Shown piece by piece: positions 37,122 to 48,567 of a stretch of DNA of 64,000 bases (its first letter is position 1; each line of letters starts with the position of its first letter). The stretch covers positions 1,754 through 65,753 of the forward strand of contig JAGAMD010000021.1 of assembly GCA_017624905.1 (NCBI GenBank), read 5' to 3'. The stretch is from Clostridia bacterium (GTDB lineage: Bacteria > Bacillota > Clostridia > Oscillospirales > CAG-272). The translations under genes and the position numbers were made by a program. Under the pieces are notes generated by a model. That model was not told the origin of the DNA, did not search any database, and saw only the letters and a list, made by a program, of their open reading frames with translations.

Positions 37122-38207
37122 TCAATTAAATTCCTTTGGTATTTCCAGTAGCTCTCCACCACGTCTTGCGGATTCATTTGCTATAATTCCCGGAAGTGAA
37201 ATTCTAATTCCCATATCAACGTCGATCGGTGGGTCAGTATCATCAATTATGCACTTTATAAAGTCGCGTATCATTTTGGCATCGACTCCACCGTGTCCAT
37301 AGACATCTCCTGTGTTTGATAGTTTCACCGGTATTTCAAAATACTTTTCAAAGGTATTGGGCACCTCGTACATTTTTGCAAATGATGTCGCATCCTCTAG
37401 TGGCTTTGTTTTATCGGTCATTATTGTACCCTTAGTGCCATATAATGCAAAGTTATGGTCATAGCCGACATACATACCAAAGCCAATAAATATGCGAATT
37501 ACCGCGCCCTTAGCTGTTTTAAATATTGCTATTCCGTTTTCGTCACTCTCTGAATACTTATTATATTTTGTAACACTTGGTGTCATACAGGAAACGCTGA
37601 CTACATTGTCGTCCATTATATAAAGAAGTGGTCCTAAATTGTGTGTTAAATAAGTTATTGCTGGGTTATATCTACGCCAATGATTTTCCGGTTCGTATGG
37701 CTTTATTTCGTCAGGGTGGATTGCGTGTAAATATTCGGACTCTGCGTACAGAATATCTCCAAATTTTCCATCCTCACGCATCTTTTTCCAAGCCTCGATA
37801 AATGCCCAATAGAAGCAATTCTCTCCTGCCATATATTTAAGTTCGGGATGCGATTTTACGGCATCACGAAGGATTTTTGCCTCTTCAATTGTTTCTATTA
37901 CAGGAATTTCACTTAAAACGTGCTTGCCTGCCTCAAGAGCCATTAATGTATGCTTTGTATGAAGTGGCTTATCGGTTGCAATATAAACTGCATCTATATC
38001 GCTCTTTAAAAGCTCCTCTATACTATCAAAGCAGAGTAAGTCCTTTACTCCGTTTTTTTCGTAGTCATCTTTACAAGCCTTAAGAGTAGCAGGATCACTG
38101 TCTGCAATTGCGCGAATAACTACATTGTCATCGCCAATCAGCGTCCAAGCAACATAAGCTCCTCTTTTTAAGCCGACTACACCTAATTTGACAACCTTCT
38201 TTTCCAT
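37122..38207 (-). CDS. Gfo/Idh/MocA-family NAD(P)-dependent oxidoreductase
   Basis: Trimmed to MEKKVVKLGVVGLKRG after aagagga. Rossmann N-terminus and EKPL-like DKPL motif. Confidence 0.85.
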   Translation of the reverse strand: MEKKVVKLGVVGLKRGAYVAWTLIGDDNVVIRAIADSDPATLKACKDDYEKNGVKDLLCFDSIEELLKSDIDAVYIATDKPLHTKHTLMALEAGKHVLSEIPVIETIEEAKILRDAVKSHPELKYMAGENCFYWAFIEAWKKMREDGKFGDILYAESEYLHAIHPDEIKPYEPENHWRRYNPAITYLTHNLGPLLYIMDDNVVSVSCMTPSVTKYNKYSESDENGIAIFKTAKGAVIRIFIGFGMYVGYDHNFALYGTKGTIMTDKTKPLEDATSFAKMYEVPNTFEKYFEIPVKLSNTGDVYGHGGVDAKMIRDFIKCIIDDTDPPIDVDMGIRISLPGIIANESARRGGELLEIPKEFN

Positions 38208-38402
38208 AAAATCCTCTTTAAACAATAGTTGTACCTTTAGTATAGCAAATAAACTCAATTTTGTAAATATGAATTTGCTGTTCAATACAGTTTTTCAAAA
38301 CACATTCAATTGTTATGCTCAGAACTATCAAATAAATATTGAACTTTTGTTTGTAATATGATATAATTGTTACATAAATAATTTGATACTAAGGAGATTT
38401 TT

Positions 38403-40034
38403 ATGTATTCATTTGATAGACTTCATTACAGTATTAGAGGCTCTTACCTTGTATGGGACAAAAAGGGTAAAAATACTCTAAAAATGGATATGATTCACAA
38501 TCATGGTCAAGATATTTTTAACGGTGTTTTGGCTATTAATTTCGACACAGGGTCCAAGTTTTCATTCGTTCCTCGTGAAGCAACAGCTAAGCACTCAGGT
38601 GGCGAGACAAAAATTACTATGTTTGGCATTGACGGTACTTTTATAAAGGGTAACGGCAAGGGAATTTTAGTAGAGATTGCAAAAGCAAATATGAGGTTTG
38701 ACTATCAAATCATTCAAAACGGCACCATAGAGCTTTGCGATTTTAATAATAACTGCAGCCTCATGTTTGTTCCAAACAAGGGTTCACTCAAGATCGAAAA
38801 GCTTCGTCAACCCGGTAAGGTTACCTCTGATTACGTTAATGTTCGTGTTTTACCTGATGAAAATGGCGAATATGAATTTGCTATTGAGGGTAACTTCCTT
38901 GACAAGGGTGCAACTCTTGCACAAAATATGAGCTATGACTATTTTGCCGATTTAGCCCAAAAGGACTATCTCGCTTGGGAAAAGAAATATAAGCCTAAGA
39001 ATAAATATGAGAAAGAATGTGCTTACATAATGTGGTCAAACACAATTGCACCTTTGGGCAACTTCCCTACTGAAGCAATTGTTATGGGTAAAGCCGGCAT
39101 GAGCAACGTTTGGAGCTGGGACAATGCTTTTAACGCACTTGGTCTTGCAGATATTGACTTCCGCATTGCTATGGACCAATTTATGATTATGTATAAGCAT
39201 ATCAACCGTGTTGGCAGAGTTCCTGATGCTATTTCTCAAAATTATAAGGTTTGGAACTTTGTTAAGCCTCCTGTACAAGGCTGGATGTACAAGCAAATGA
39301 TAAAAAGAAATCCTGAATTTGCTACTCCTCACGCACTTGAAGAGGTTTATTTTGAGATGAAACGCAACACAGATTGGTGGTTAAATCTACGTGGCGATGT
39401 TCCTTCATATTACCACGGAAATGACTCAGGACAAGATAACTCTACTTGCTTTGACAAGAGTGAGCATATTGAAACAAGTGAGCTCATTGCTTTCCTTTCT
39501 GTTCAATGCTCTTTCCTATCCGAGGCTGCTGAAAAGCTAAACTATCCAACTGACAAAAAGATTTACGCTCAGTTAGCAAAAGAGTTAGCAGAAAAAGCAG
39601 TTAAGGACTATTGGGATGGCGAAAAGATTTTCGTGCGTCTTGCTGAAACCGGCGAACCATACTACTGTAATGCTCTTATGCCTCTACGCGTAATTGTTCT
39701 TGAGGATATGCTACCTAAGGAAATTCAAGAATACATAGTTAACGAGATTAAAGCTCATCACCTTTGCAAGGGTGGTATTTCAAGTGAGGCTATTGACAGC
39801 CCTATGTTCGTTGAGAATGGCTACTGGCGTGGTGCTGTTTGGGCTCCTGATGTTGTTATGTTTGTTTATGCTCTACGCAACCTTGGCTACACCGAATTAG
39901 CTGATCAAATTGCAGAAAACTACAAGTCTTCCATTTGTAAATACGGCTTTAGCGAAAACACAAGTGCTATTACAGGTAAGGGCTTACGCTGTAAGGGCTA
40001 TGCTTGGGCTGCTAATGCATATCAAGTGCTTTAA
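38403..40034 (+). CDS. (alpha/alpha)6-barrel glycoside hydrolase-like protein (GH63/GH15-clan-like; family uncertain)
   Basis: 543 aa, cytoplasmic. SNVWSWDNAFNALGLA and GYWRGAVWAPD are typical of alpha/alpha-barrel glycosidases. Confidence 0.6.
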   Translation: MYSFDRLHYSIRGSYLVWDKKGKNTLKMDMIHNHGQDIFNGVLAINFDTGSKFSFVPREATAKHSGGETKITMFGIDGTFIKGNGKGILVEIAKANMRFDYQIIQNGTIELCDFNNNCSLMFVPNKGSLKIEKLRQPGKVTSDYVNVRVLPDENGEYEFAIEGNFLDKGATLAQNMSYDYFADLAQKDYLAWEKKYKPKNKYEKECAYIMWSNTIAPLGNFPTEAIVMGKAGMSNVWSWDNAFNALGLADIDFRIAMDQFMIMYKHINRVGRVPDAISQNYKVWNFVKPPVQGWMYKQMIKRNPEFATPHALEEVYFEMKRNTDWWLNLRGDVPSYYHGNDSGQDNSTCFDKSEHIETSELIAFLSVQCSFLSEAAEKLNYPTDKKIYAQLAKELAEKAVKDYWDGEKIFVRLAETGEPYYCNALMPLRVIVLEDMLPKEIQEYIVNEIKAHHLCKGGISSEAIDSPMFVENGYWRGAVWAPDVVMFVYALRNLGYTELADQIAENYKSSICKYGFSENTSAITGKGLRCKGYAWAANAYQVL

Positions 40035-40106
40035 TATACATACAATAAGACACTCTTTTGGGTGTCTTTTGTCTTGACTATTGCATTTCATCCTATTCTA
40101 TGATAA

Positions 40107-41607
<1,501 letters not shown>

Positions 41608-41609
<2 letters not shown>

Positions 41610-41636
41610 AAAAAGCAGGTTATCCCTGCTTTTTTA
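41608..41636. terminator. Bidirectional terminator
   Basis: aaaaaa-agcagg-ttatc-cctgct-tttttt. Confidence 0.8.
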
Positions 41637-42476
41637 TTTTTTAAAGCCCTCGCCTAACACCTCTTTTACATCGCTGATAATTATAAATGCGTGGGGATCA
41701 TAATTTTTTATTTTGCTAACTAGCTTTGGTAGCTCCTTTGGACTAACGACACATAAAAGCATCAGCTTTTCATCTCCCGAATACATTCCCCTTGAATATA
41801 CCCCCGTTATACCTCTTTTAAATTCGCTAACTACATATTTTGCTATTTCTTCGTTTTTATTTGAAAAGATTTGAAGTGCCTTGGCTTTGTTGCCAAAGGT
41901 AATAACTGAGTCGGTTACTAGTGAGGAGATATACATAGCAATAATGGAATAAATAGTGATTGTTATGCTTTTAAAGACTATTCCGGATGCGATAATCACA
42001 ACTAAATCAATAACTAAAATTATACGTGCAAGTGGTATGTGTGGGAGAAAACGATGTATTATCATTGCCAAAAAATCGCTTCCTCCCGTCGAGGCTGACT
42101 GCCTCACCACCAAGCCAACGCCAATGCCTACAAGAGCTCCACCGACAATGGTTGAAAGAATAATTTCTTCATTATATATTGGAAAATAGCTAGTAAGCTC
42201 CAAAAACAAGGAAAGCAAAACAATACCTATTATTGTTTTTATAATTGCTTCTCTGCCGAGATATTTAAAGCCAAGCAAAAAAAGAATTACGTTTATCAAA
42301 AGGCTTGTTACCGATAGCCTAATACCCAAGGTATATAAAAGTATTGTTGCAATTGACGATATTCCACCAGAAGAGATTTTACTAGGATTTAAAAATATAT
42401 TTATGCCTAATGCCAAAATAAATGAGCCTAAAGCTATTATAGATATACTTTTTAGAAGCAGCTTCAATTTTTTCAT
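41634..42476 (-). CDS. YitT-family membrane protein (DUF2179 C-terminal domain)
   Basis: 280 aa. GGISSIA and GGSDFL motifs with 5 TM segments. Confidence 0.82.
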   Translation of the reverse strand: MKKLKLLLKSISIIALGSFILALGINIFLNPSKISSGGISSIATILLYTLGIRLSVTSLLINVILFLLGFKYLGREAIIKTIIGIVLLSLFLELTSYFPIYNEEIILSTIVGGALVGIGVGLVVRQSASTGGSDFLAMIIHRFLPHIPLARIILVIDLVVIIASGIVFKSITITIYSIIAMYISSLVTDSVITFGNKAKALQIFSNKNEEIAKYVVSEFKRGITGVYSRGMYSGDEKLMLLCVVSPKELPKLVSKIKNYDPHAFIIISDVKEVLGEGFKK

Positions 42477-42560
42477 ATAATCACCATTATTTTTTATATA
42501 TTATGCCTGATTTTTAAATTTTCAAAAGCAAATGTAGCAGATCGTTGCTTCGAAAAATAT

Positions 42561-42588
42561 AAATGTCACGATTAGTGTCGTGACATTT
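42561..42588. promoter_or_regulatory. 28-bp palindrome (11-bp perfect arms) upstream of the XRE-TM gene; candidate operator
   Basis: AAATGTCACGA-ttagtg-TCGTGACATTT, 45 nt upstream of ATG 42633. No T-run follows, so it is unlikely to be a terminator. Confidence 0.35.
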
Positions 42589-42632
42589 GATGATTTTTGT
42601 GTTAATATTTAATTAGAAAGTGAGGCGATTTT

Positions 42633-43121
42633 ATGACCTTTGGCGAAAAATTTAAAAAAATGCGAAGCGATAACGGGCTTACACAAGACGAGCTAGCAAA
42701 CAAGCTTTATGTTACAAGAACTGCTATTTCAAAATGGGAAAGAGACAAGGGCTTTCCAAATATTGATAGCTTAAAGCTGATTTCAAAAACATTTAATGTT
42801 AGCTTAGATGAATTAATCTCTGATGAAACAATCGAAACTAATAGACTAAGAGAAAACAAGATTGCACGAAAGATGTATATTGTTGCAATGGTGTTTTTTG
42901 GCTTAACAATTATCCTTGCTATTTTAGCTACTATTTTTGATTTATTATTTTTAAATATTATATGTTCTGCTTCAGCACTTGGATATATAGTCTTTGCACT
43001 TTTATCAAAGCCAAGATACAAAAGGCTTGAGTCTCGAAAAAGCATCATACCATATGTAATATCAAGAATAGTTATTTTAGTTATTATTGTGATAATTGGC
43101 CTTGTTGCTTGGAATATTTAA
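42633..43121 (+). CDS. XRE-family HTH protein with a C-terminal membrane domain
   Basis: 162 aa. LTQDELANKLYVTRTAISKWERDKGFPNIDSLKLISKTFNVSLDELI followed by 3 TM segments. Confidence 0.85.
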   Translation: MTFGEKFKKMRSDNGLTQDELANKLYVTRTAISKWERDKGFPNIDSLKLISKTFNVSLDELISDETIETNRLRENKIARKMYIVAMVFFGLTIILAILATIFDLLFLNIICSASALGYIVFALLSKPRYKRLESRKSIIPYVISRIVILVIIVIIGLVAWNI

Positions 43122-43149
43122 AAAAGCGAGTGATTTTCACTCGCTTTTT
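43120..43149. terminator. Bidirectional terminator
   Basis: aaaaaa-gcgagtga-ttt-tcactcgc-ttttt. Confidence 0.8.
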
Positions 43150-43150
43150 A

Positions 43151-44344
43151 TTATTCTGCTGTGTAGTTATCGAAGTAGCCTTGGATAAATACGATTGGTG
43201 TACCCTTGTCACCTGAGCCGGATGTTAGGTCACAGAGTGAACCGATAAGGTCAGTTAGACGTCTCGGTGTTGTACCCTCAGATACCATTTTGCCAACGAG
43301 GTTATCGTCCTTTGCCTTGATTTTTTCCTTGATAGCTTCTTTGAGTGCATCGCCTGAAAGGCTAGCAAACTCATTGTCTGCAAGGTACTTTAGCTTAAGC
43401 TCGTTTGGTGTGCCCTCAAGACCTGCTGTATATGCAGGAGCAACTACCGGGTCAGCTAGCTCCCAAATCTTACCAACCGGATCCTTGAATGCACCGTCAC
43501 CATAAACCATTACCTCAACAACCTTGCCGGTTGCTTCGAAAATGTTCTTTTGGATAGCATCAACAATTGGTTGACAATCACGTGGGAACAATTTAACTTG
43601 GTCTTCAGTAGCCTTGTTTGAACCTAATAGACCATAATCTGCATTGTAGCCACTACCATTGATTGGTGCGTTCATAATCTCGTCAAGACCGAATAGCTTT
43701 TCAACGCCAGCCTTCTTTAATAGTCTCTTTGAACGAGCTCTTGTGTGAATATCACAAGTGATAACATTCTTTGTGTAATTAAGAATTGCACGTGGGTCAT
43801 TTGCAAAAATAATTTCTGCCTCGGCACCACAATCTGTAATTAGCTTTTCATAATATTCAACATAGTCAACACCTGTGAATGTGTGCTTTTCATAACCAAA
43901 AAGCTCACGATATTTCTTAAGGTCAAGCACATCACGATATGGGTCAACGCCCTTTTCATCAAGTGCATCAAGTGATACTAGATGGTTGCCAACCTCGTCT
44001 GAAGGATATGAAAGCATTAAAACTACTTTCTTTGCTCCCTTTGCTATACCACGTAAGCAAATTGCAAAACGGTTTCGGCTAAGGATTGGAAAAATAACAC
44101 CCACTGTTTCTCCACCTAGCTTTGTTTTAACGTCAGTAGCGATATCATCAACAGATGCATAGTTACCTTGTGCACGAGCAACAATTGCCTCTGTCATAGC
44201 GATAATGTCTCTATTTTGGATTTCAAATCCTGCATCCTTAGATGCCTCAAGTACTGACTCTGTAACGATTTTTACAATGTCATCACCTTTTCTGATAATT
44301 GGTGCACGTACTCCACGTGAAACTGTACCGACCATACGACTCAT
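43151..44344 (-). CDS. CofE-like (F420-0:gamma-glutamyl ligase family, COG1478) protein
   Basis: Trimmed to MSRMVGTVSRGVRAPIIRKGDD. The family call comes from the recalled N-terminal pattern. Its function in a non-F420 organism is unknown. Confidence 0.6.
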   Translation of the reverse strand: MSRMVGTVSRGVRAPIIRKGDDIVKIVTESVLEASKDAGFEIQNRDIIAMTEAIVARAQGNYASVDDIATDVKTKLGGETVGVIFPILSRNRFAICLRGIAKGAKKVVLMLSYPSDEVGNHLVSLDALDEKGVDPYRDVLDLKKYRELFGYEKHTFTGVDYVEYYEKLITDCGAEAEIIFANDPRAILNYTKNVITCDIHTRARSKRLLKKAGVEKLFGLDEIMNAPINGSGYNADYGLLGSNKATEDQVKLFPRDCQPIVDAIQKNIFEATGKVVEVMVYGDGAFKDPVGKIWELADPVVAPAYTAGLEGTPNELKLKYLADNEFASLSGDALKEAIKEKIKAKDDNLVGKMVSEGTTPRRLTDLIGSLCDLTSGSGDKGTPIVFIQGYFDNYTAE

Positions 44345-44596
44345 AAGCTTTACACTCCTAAAACAATCAATTGTATTGATTTTATTTAATAACACATAAA
44401 TTATATGCTATGCCCTTTATTTTGTCAAGTATTTTTTCCAACTTTTCAACTTTTTTTATTGAATTTTTTCACTGTTGAAATTAAAATAGGCATATGATAT
44501 AATTATTGAAAACAAGCATCTCAAATTACTTTTGTTATTTTGGTTGATTGTTTTTTGAAAAATATATGCCCTGTGGCTATTTAAAAAGGAGACTCT

Positions 44597-45622
44597 ATGG
44601 AAAACATTAAGTGGTTTAAGGAAGCAAAATACGGACTTATGCTCCACTTTGGACTTTACTCAGTGTTAGGTGGTGTTTACAAGGGACAAAGATCACGTAA
44701 TTATGCTGAATGGATACAATCGGCTTGTGCAATTCCTAACAATGAAATGGAAAAAATAGCAAAAAGCTTTAATCCTATTTATTTTGATGCTGATGAATGG
44801 GCAAAATTCGCATATGACTGCGGAATGAAATACGTTGTAATCACTACTAAACATCACGATGGCTTTGCTCTATTCAAATCAAAGGCTGATAGCTACAACT
44901 GTGTTGATTTTTCTACATTTAAAAGAGATATAATTAAGGAGCTATCCGATGCTTGTCGTAAGTATGGTCTAAAGTTTGGAATTTATTACTCACAGGATCT
45001 TGACTGGCACGAAAAGAATGGTGGTGGATACACTTGGGAGCCTGTTGGATGTGCCGGTGTTTCTTGGGATAACTCTTGGGACTTTCCCAACAAGGAAGAA
45101 AAGAATTTTAATATAACCTTTAAAAACAAAATTTTGCCACAAATCGAAGAGATAATGACAGGATATGGTGAGATTTCTCTTGCATGGTTTGATATGCCGA
45201 TGACGCTCACAGCTGAACAAAGTGAACAAATCTATAGCCTGGTTAAAAAGCATCAACCATCTTGCTTAATTAACTCAAGACTAGGTAATGGAAAATACGA
45301 TTATGTTTCACTAGGCGACAATGAAATTCCTACCAAAATCGATGAAAACAGTGCATCCTGTGTCGATTTTAACTCCATTGAGGGCTTCAAGCCTTCTCCT
45401 TACGGATTTTATGAATCAGCTTGTACATTGAACGATTCCTGGGGCTATAATTCTTGGGATCAAAACTGGAAAAGTTCCAAAACAATTTACGAGAACAAGA
45501 AAAAATTAAACGAACTTGGCATAAACTATCTTATCAATATTGGTCCTGACCATTTAGGCAGGTTTCCACTTGAAGCACAAGAGATTTTAAAAGGCGTTGT
45601 AGAGCTTGAAAACAACAAATAA
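44597..45622 (+). CDS. GH29 alpha-L-fucosidase
   Basis: 341 aa. WFKEAKYGLMLHFGLYS, VVITTKHHDGFALF (nucleophile Asp region). Confidence 0.88.
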   Translation: MENIKWFKEAKYGLMLHFGLYSVLGGVYKGQRSRNYAEWIQSACAIPNNEMEKIAKSFNPIYFDADEWAKFAYDCGMKYVVITTKHHDGFALFKSKADSYNCVDFSTFKRDIIKELSDACRKYGLKFGIYYSQDLDWHEKNGGGYTWEPVGCAGVSWDNSWDFPNKEEKNFNITFKNKILPQIEEIMTGYGEISLAWFDMPMTLTAEQSEQIYSLVKKHQPSCLINSRLGNGKYDYVSLGDNEIPTKIDENSASCVDFNSIEGFKPSPYGFYESACTLNDSWGYNSWDQNWKSSKTIYENKKKLNELGINYLINIGPDHLGRFPLEAQEILKGVVELENNK

Positions 45623-45624
45623 CA

Positions 45625-45652
45625 GAAAAGGCAACCGATTGGTTGCCTTTTC
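45625..45652. terminator. Bidirectional terminator
   Basis: aaggcaacc-gatt-ggttgcctt. Confidence 0.8.
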
Positions 45653-46036
45653 TTATTTCTCTAGCTTTGCATAGGTTTTTTGTGTAAATTTTTCGCTATA
45701 CACAATAAATCTTTCGTGCGTGCCTTCACCAATGAGACCACATTCATCATATGCTTTCACAAAAAAACAGACACGTCTACCCTCATTTTCGGTCACCTCT
45801 GCCTCAACTGTAACCTCCATACCAACAGGAGTTGCACTTAAATGCTTGACATTCATAAGTGTACCAACAGTTGTTGCACCCGCCTCTAAGCTATCGGAAA
45901 TGCATTTATATGCACATTCCTCCATTAAAGCAATCATACGAGGCGTTGCAAGTACCTCTAATTCTCCACTACCAAAAGTCTTAGCAGTGTCGCTTGAATT
46001 AACCGTCATTTTGAGTTGATTCTTCTTCCCCGTCAT
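45653..46036 (-). CDS. Hotdog-fold thioesterase (COG5496-like)
   Basis: ATG 46036 follows aaggagag. TAKTFGSGELEVLATPRMIALMEE pattern. Overlaps the 3' end of the upstream XRE gene by 38 nt. Confidence 0.75.
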   Translation of the reverse strand: MTGKKNQLKMTVNSSDTAKTFGSGELEVLATPRMIALMEECAYKCISDSLEAGATTVGTLMNVKHLSATPVGMEVTVEAEVTENEGRRVCFFVKAYDECGLIGEGTHERFIVYSEKFTQKTYAKLEK

Positions 46037-46661
46037 CAAATCTCTCCTTTTTGTTCTTACCTTTTTTCTTTGCTATTGCACGGACAATCCATGTTCTTTG
46101 GAATATAAATACCATTGCTTGTAGAGGAACACCTACAATAAATAAATACCAGAAATTGTCTTGTGTGCCAAAAAACAAAATGTGAAAATATAGCGAAGCT
46201 ATAGTTGACCAAACAGTAACCGATGCAAGTATAAAGTGTACAACCCAGTTAAACATTGTTCTGCCTATTATCATAACTACACCACAAGAAATTGGAAGAG
46301 CCCATAAAAATGTAATCCAAAGTGGGTTAGGTAGGTTGAAAACAAACCACAGGGTCGCAAAAAGCCACACTGTAACACCCGCAAGAGCACACGACCAAAC
46401 ACGATACATTTTTTGATGCTGAAATGCTTGATCTATTTCCGGAGCTGTACATTGCTCACTTGTTAGATCATTCATTGTAATCCCATAAAACTCGCAAATT
46501 TCAAAGAGTACGTTAATATCCGGCAAGGTGTCGCCCTTTTCCCATCTGGAAATAGCTTTATCGGAATAATTTAATTTTTCTGCTAGCTCAGCCTGAGTTA
46601 TGCCTCTTTGCTTACGCAAGATGCCTAGATTAGCTGACACAATAGATTTTATGTCTTTCAT
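45999..46661 (-). CDS. XRE-family HTH protein with a C-terminal 4-5 TM domain
   Basis: Trimmed to MKDIKSIVSANLGILRKQRGITQAELAEKLNYSDKAISRWEKG after ggagga. Confidence 0.85.
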   Translation of the reverse strand: MKDIKSIVSANLGILRKQRGITQAELAEKLNYSDKAISRWEKGDTLPDINVLFEICEFYGITMNDLTSEQCTAPEIDQAFQHQKMYRVWSCALAGVTVWLFATLWFVFNLPNPLWITFLWALPISCGVVMIIGRTMFNWVVHFILASVTVWSTIASLYFHILFFGTQDNFWYLFIVGVPLQAMVFIFQRTWIVRAIAKKKGKNKKERFDDGEEESTQNDG

Positions 46662-46760
46662 AAATCCTCCATACAAATTAAACAAACCATAACTCGTAAA
46701 ATAAAAATATACATATATTATAGCGTAATATTATAGAAAAATCAAGCATTTTTTACACAT

Positions 46761-46775
46761 TCTACAATTTGTAGA
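46761..46775. promoter_or_regulatory. 15-bp perfect palindrome TCTACAAtTTGTAGA upstream of the XRE-TM gene; candidate operator
   Basis: Seen directly, about 100 nt upstream of start 46661 in the divergent intergenic region. Confidence 0.3.
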
Positions 46776-46916
46776 GTGATTTTTCTCAGATTTTAAGAAT
46801 GAGAATTTATTTTTTTAGAATAAGAAATATAATATGTCCTTTACTAATCAGTTTCTTTTTGTTAAAATTCAAACTGTAAAACGCAGTCTAAACGACAAAA
46901 CACGAAGGGAGATTTT

Positions 46917-47564
46917 ATGGACATTACACAAGAGATAAGTAAGCCGCAAAACTTGCCAAATGATAAATATGTAAAAAGCTCCTCTTCTCCTCTCGGCTTG
47001 TTCTTTAAAAGACAAGGAGCGTTTTTCAAATCAAAGGCAGTTTACAAGCACAAGCTTGTGAACAAAAAGCTTCTTAATAAATTCAAATTCACAGGGTACT
47101 TCTTATATGGTGTGAACCAAGAGAGCTCTGACATTGCTTTGACTCGGTTAACCGAGTATCCAAAGGAGAGCGACTTTGTTCTAAGTCAAAATGATTTTTT
47201 TAAAGATGATAATTCTCTTTTTACAAAATCAAGGCGAAGAATATACAGCGGGAAATCAATCGTTGTAATGCTGGACAAAGAAAAGTCTTCAAACAAAAAT
47301 GAGCTTTTTGAGCTGCCTATTTTACTTGATGTTCCTGCTTTTTCCTTTACTAATGTTTATAAAAAGCGTGGCTCATCTAAGACTCCAAATATTATCACTT
47401 ATATTGATGGTCCTTTTTATCCTAACTCCAACCTTTCACAAGAAGAACAAAAGGAGCACTTAAAGGAACAAATATTTGAGTGTATTATAGAGCGAGAAAG
47501 CTTAAGCGACAGCGAATTTAAAAATTTGAGTAACAACAAAGGGATAAATAAAAATGATAACTAA
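46917..47564 (+). CDS. Hypothetical protein
   Basis: 215 aa. SD gaagggag. No recognisable motifs. Overlaps the GT8 gene start by 11 nt. Confidence 0.65.
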   Translation: MDITQEISKPQNLPNDKYVKSSSSPLGLFFKRQGAFFKSKAVYKHKLVNKKLLNKFKFTGYFLYGVNQESSDIALTRLTEYPKESDFVLSQNDFFKDDNSLFTKSRRRIYSGKSIVVMLDKEKSSNKNELFELPILLDVPAFSFTNVYKKRGSSKTPNIITYIDGPFYPNSNLSQEEQKEHLKEQIFECIIERESLSDSEFKNLSNNKGINKNDN

Positions 47565-48504
47565 AGAAATTCCAATTTTTTATGCTTGTGATGATGCATT
47601 TGTAAAATACACAATTGTTTCACTTTCATCAATGATTAAAAATGCCTCTAAGGACTATAAATACCACGTTTATGTGCTCTACACCGATATTTCTAAGGAA
47701 ATGATGGACAAAACACTTGCTCTTGCTAATGAGAATTTTGAAATAACCTTTAAGAATGTTGACAAATATTTAAAGTCAATTTCTAAAAAGCTTCCGCTAC
47801 GTCATTACTATTCTAAAACAACATATTATCGCTTATTTATTGCCGATATGTTTCCCGAATATGACAAGGCTATTTATATTGACAGCGACACTATCGTGCT
47901 TGGTGATATTTCAGAGTTATATGAAACAGATGTTTCTAACCACTACCTAGCTGGTTGTCGTGAGCAGGCTATGGAGCAGGTTGATGTTTATGGCACATAT
48001 GTTGAAAAGGTTATCGGTATCTCAAGACACGAGTTTTTCAATGCCGGTGTGATTCTTATCAACTGTGAAAAATTCAGAAATGAAAATGTTTTAGATAAAT
48101 TTATACACTATCTTGGTGTTTACGACTTTATTGTTACTCAAGACGAGGACTATTTAAATCTTGTTTGCAAGGACAAGGTTCTTTGGCTTGACCAAAAATG
48201 GAACACAGAGCTTACAGCCGGACTTGAATATGGCTACGATATTGAAGCAGCTAACATTCTCCATTTTATCATGGTAAACAAGCCTTGGCACTATCACAGC
48301 TGTCGTTGTGCCGATGTTTTTTGGAGCTACGCTAAGGAAACTTGTGTTTATAATGATCTTTTAGCTGAGCTTGAATCTTATACAGATGAGCAAAGAGAGA
48401 GGGATGCAGTCTCAGCTGAACAGCTTGCTCAAATGGCAATTGATGAAACCGCCCGTGAGGACAATTTCTTAAATGTTTGGGGAGATAAGCTTCCACTTGT
48501 ATAA
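47554..48504 (+). CDS. Family-8 glycosyltransferase
   Basis: 316 aa. IPIFYACDDAFVKY, DxD in YIDSDTIVLGD, FNAGVILIN, HFIMVNKPWH. Confidence 0.85.
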   Translation: MITKEIPIFYACDDAFVKYTIVSLSSMIKNASKDYKYHVYVLYTDISKEMMDKTLALANENFEITFKNVDKYLKSISKKLPLRHYYSKTTYYRLFIADMFPEYDKAIYIDSDTIVLGDISELYETDVSNHYLAGCREQAMEQVDVYGTYVEKVIGISRHEFFNAGVILINCEKFRNENVLDKFIHYLGVYDFIVTQDEDYLNLVCKDKVLWLDQKWNTELTAGLEYGYDIEAANILHFIMVNKPWHYHSCRCADVFWSYAKETCVYNDLLAELESYTDEQRERDAVSAEQLAQMAIDETAREDNFLNVWGDKLPLV

Positions 48505-48567
48505 TAAATCTTGTGCCACAGTGATTTTCAACTGTGGCATACAAACTGAAATGGAGATAAGTTTTTT

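Noticed and set aside
43151-44344. A CofE-like F420 glutamyl-ligase homolog in an organism unlikely to make F420. I considered flagging it as anomalous.
   Set aside because: As far as I recall, this COG1478 family is widespread in Firmicutes with unknown function. Nothing in the local sequence context adds information.
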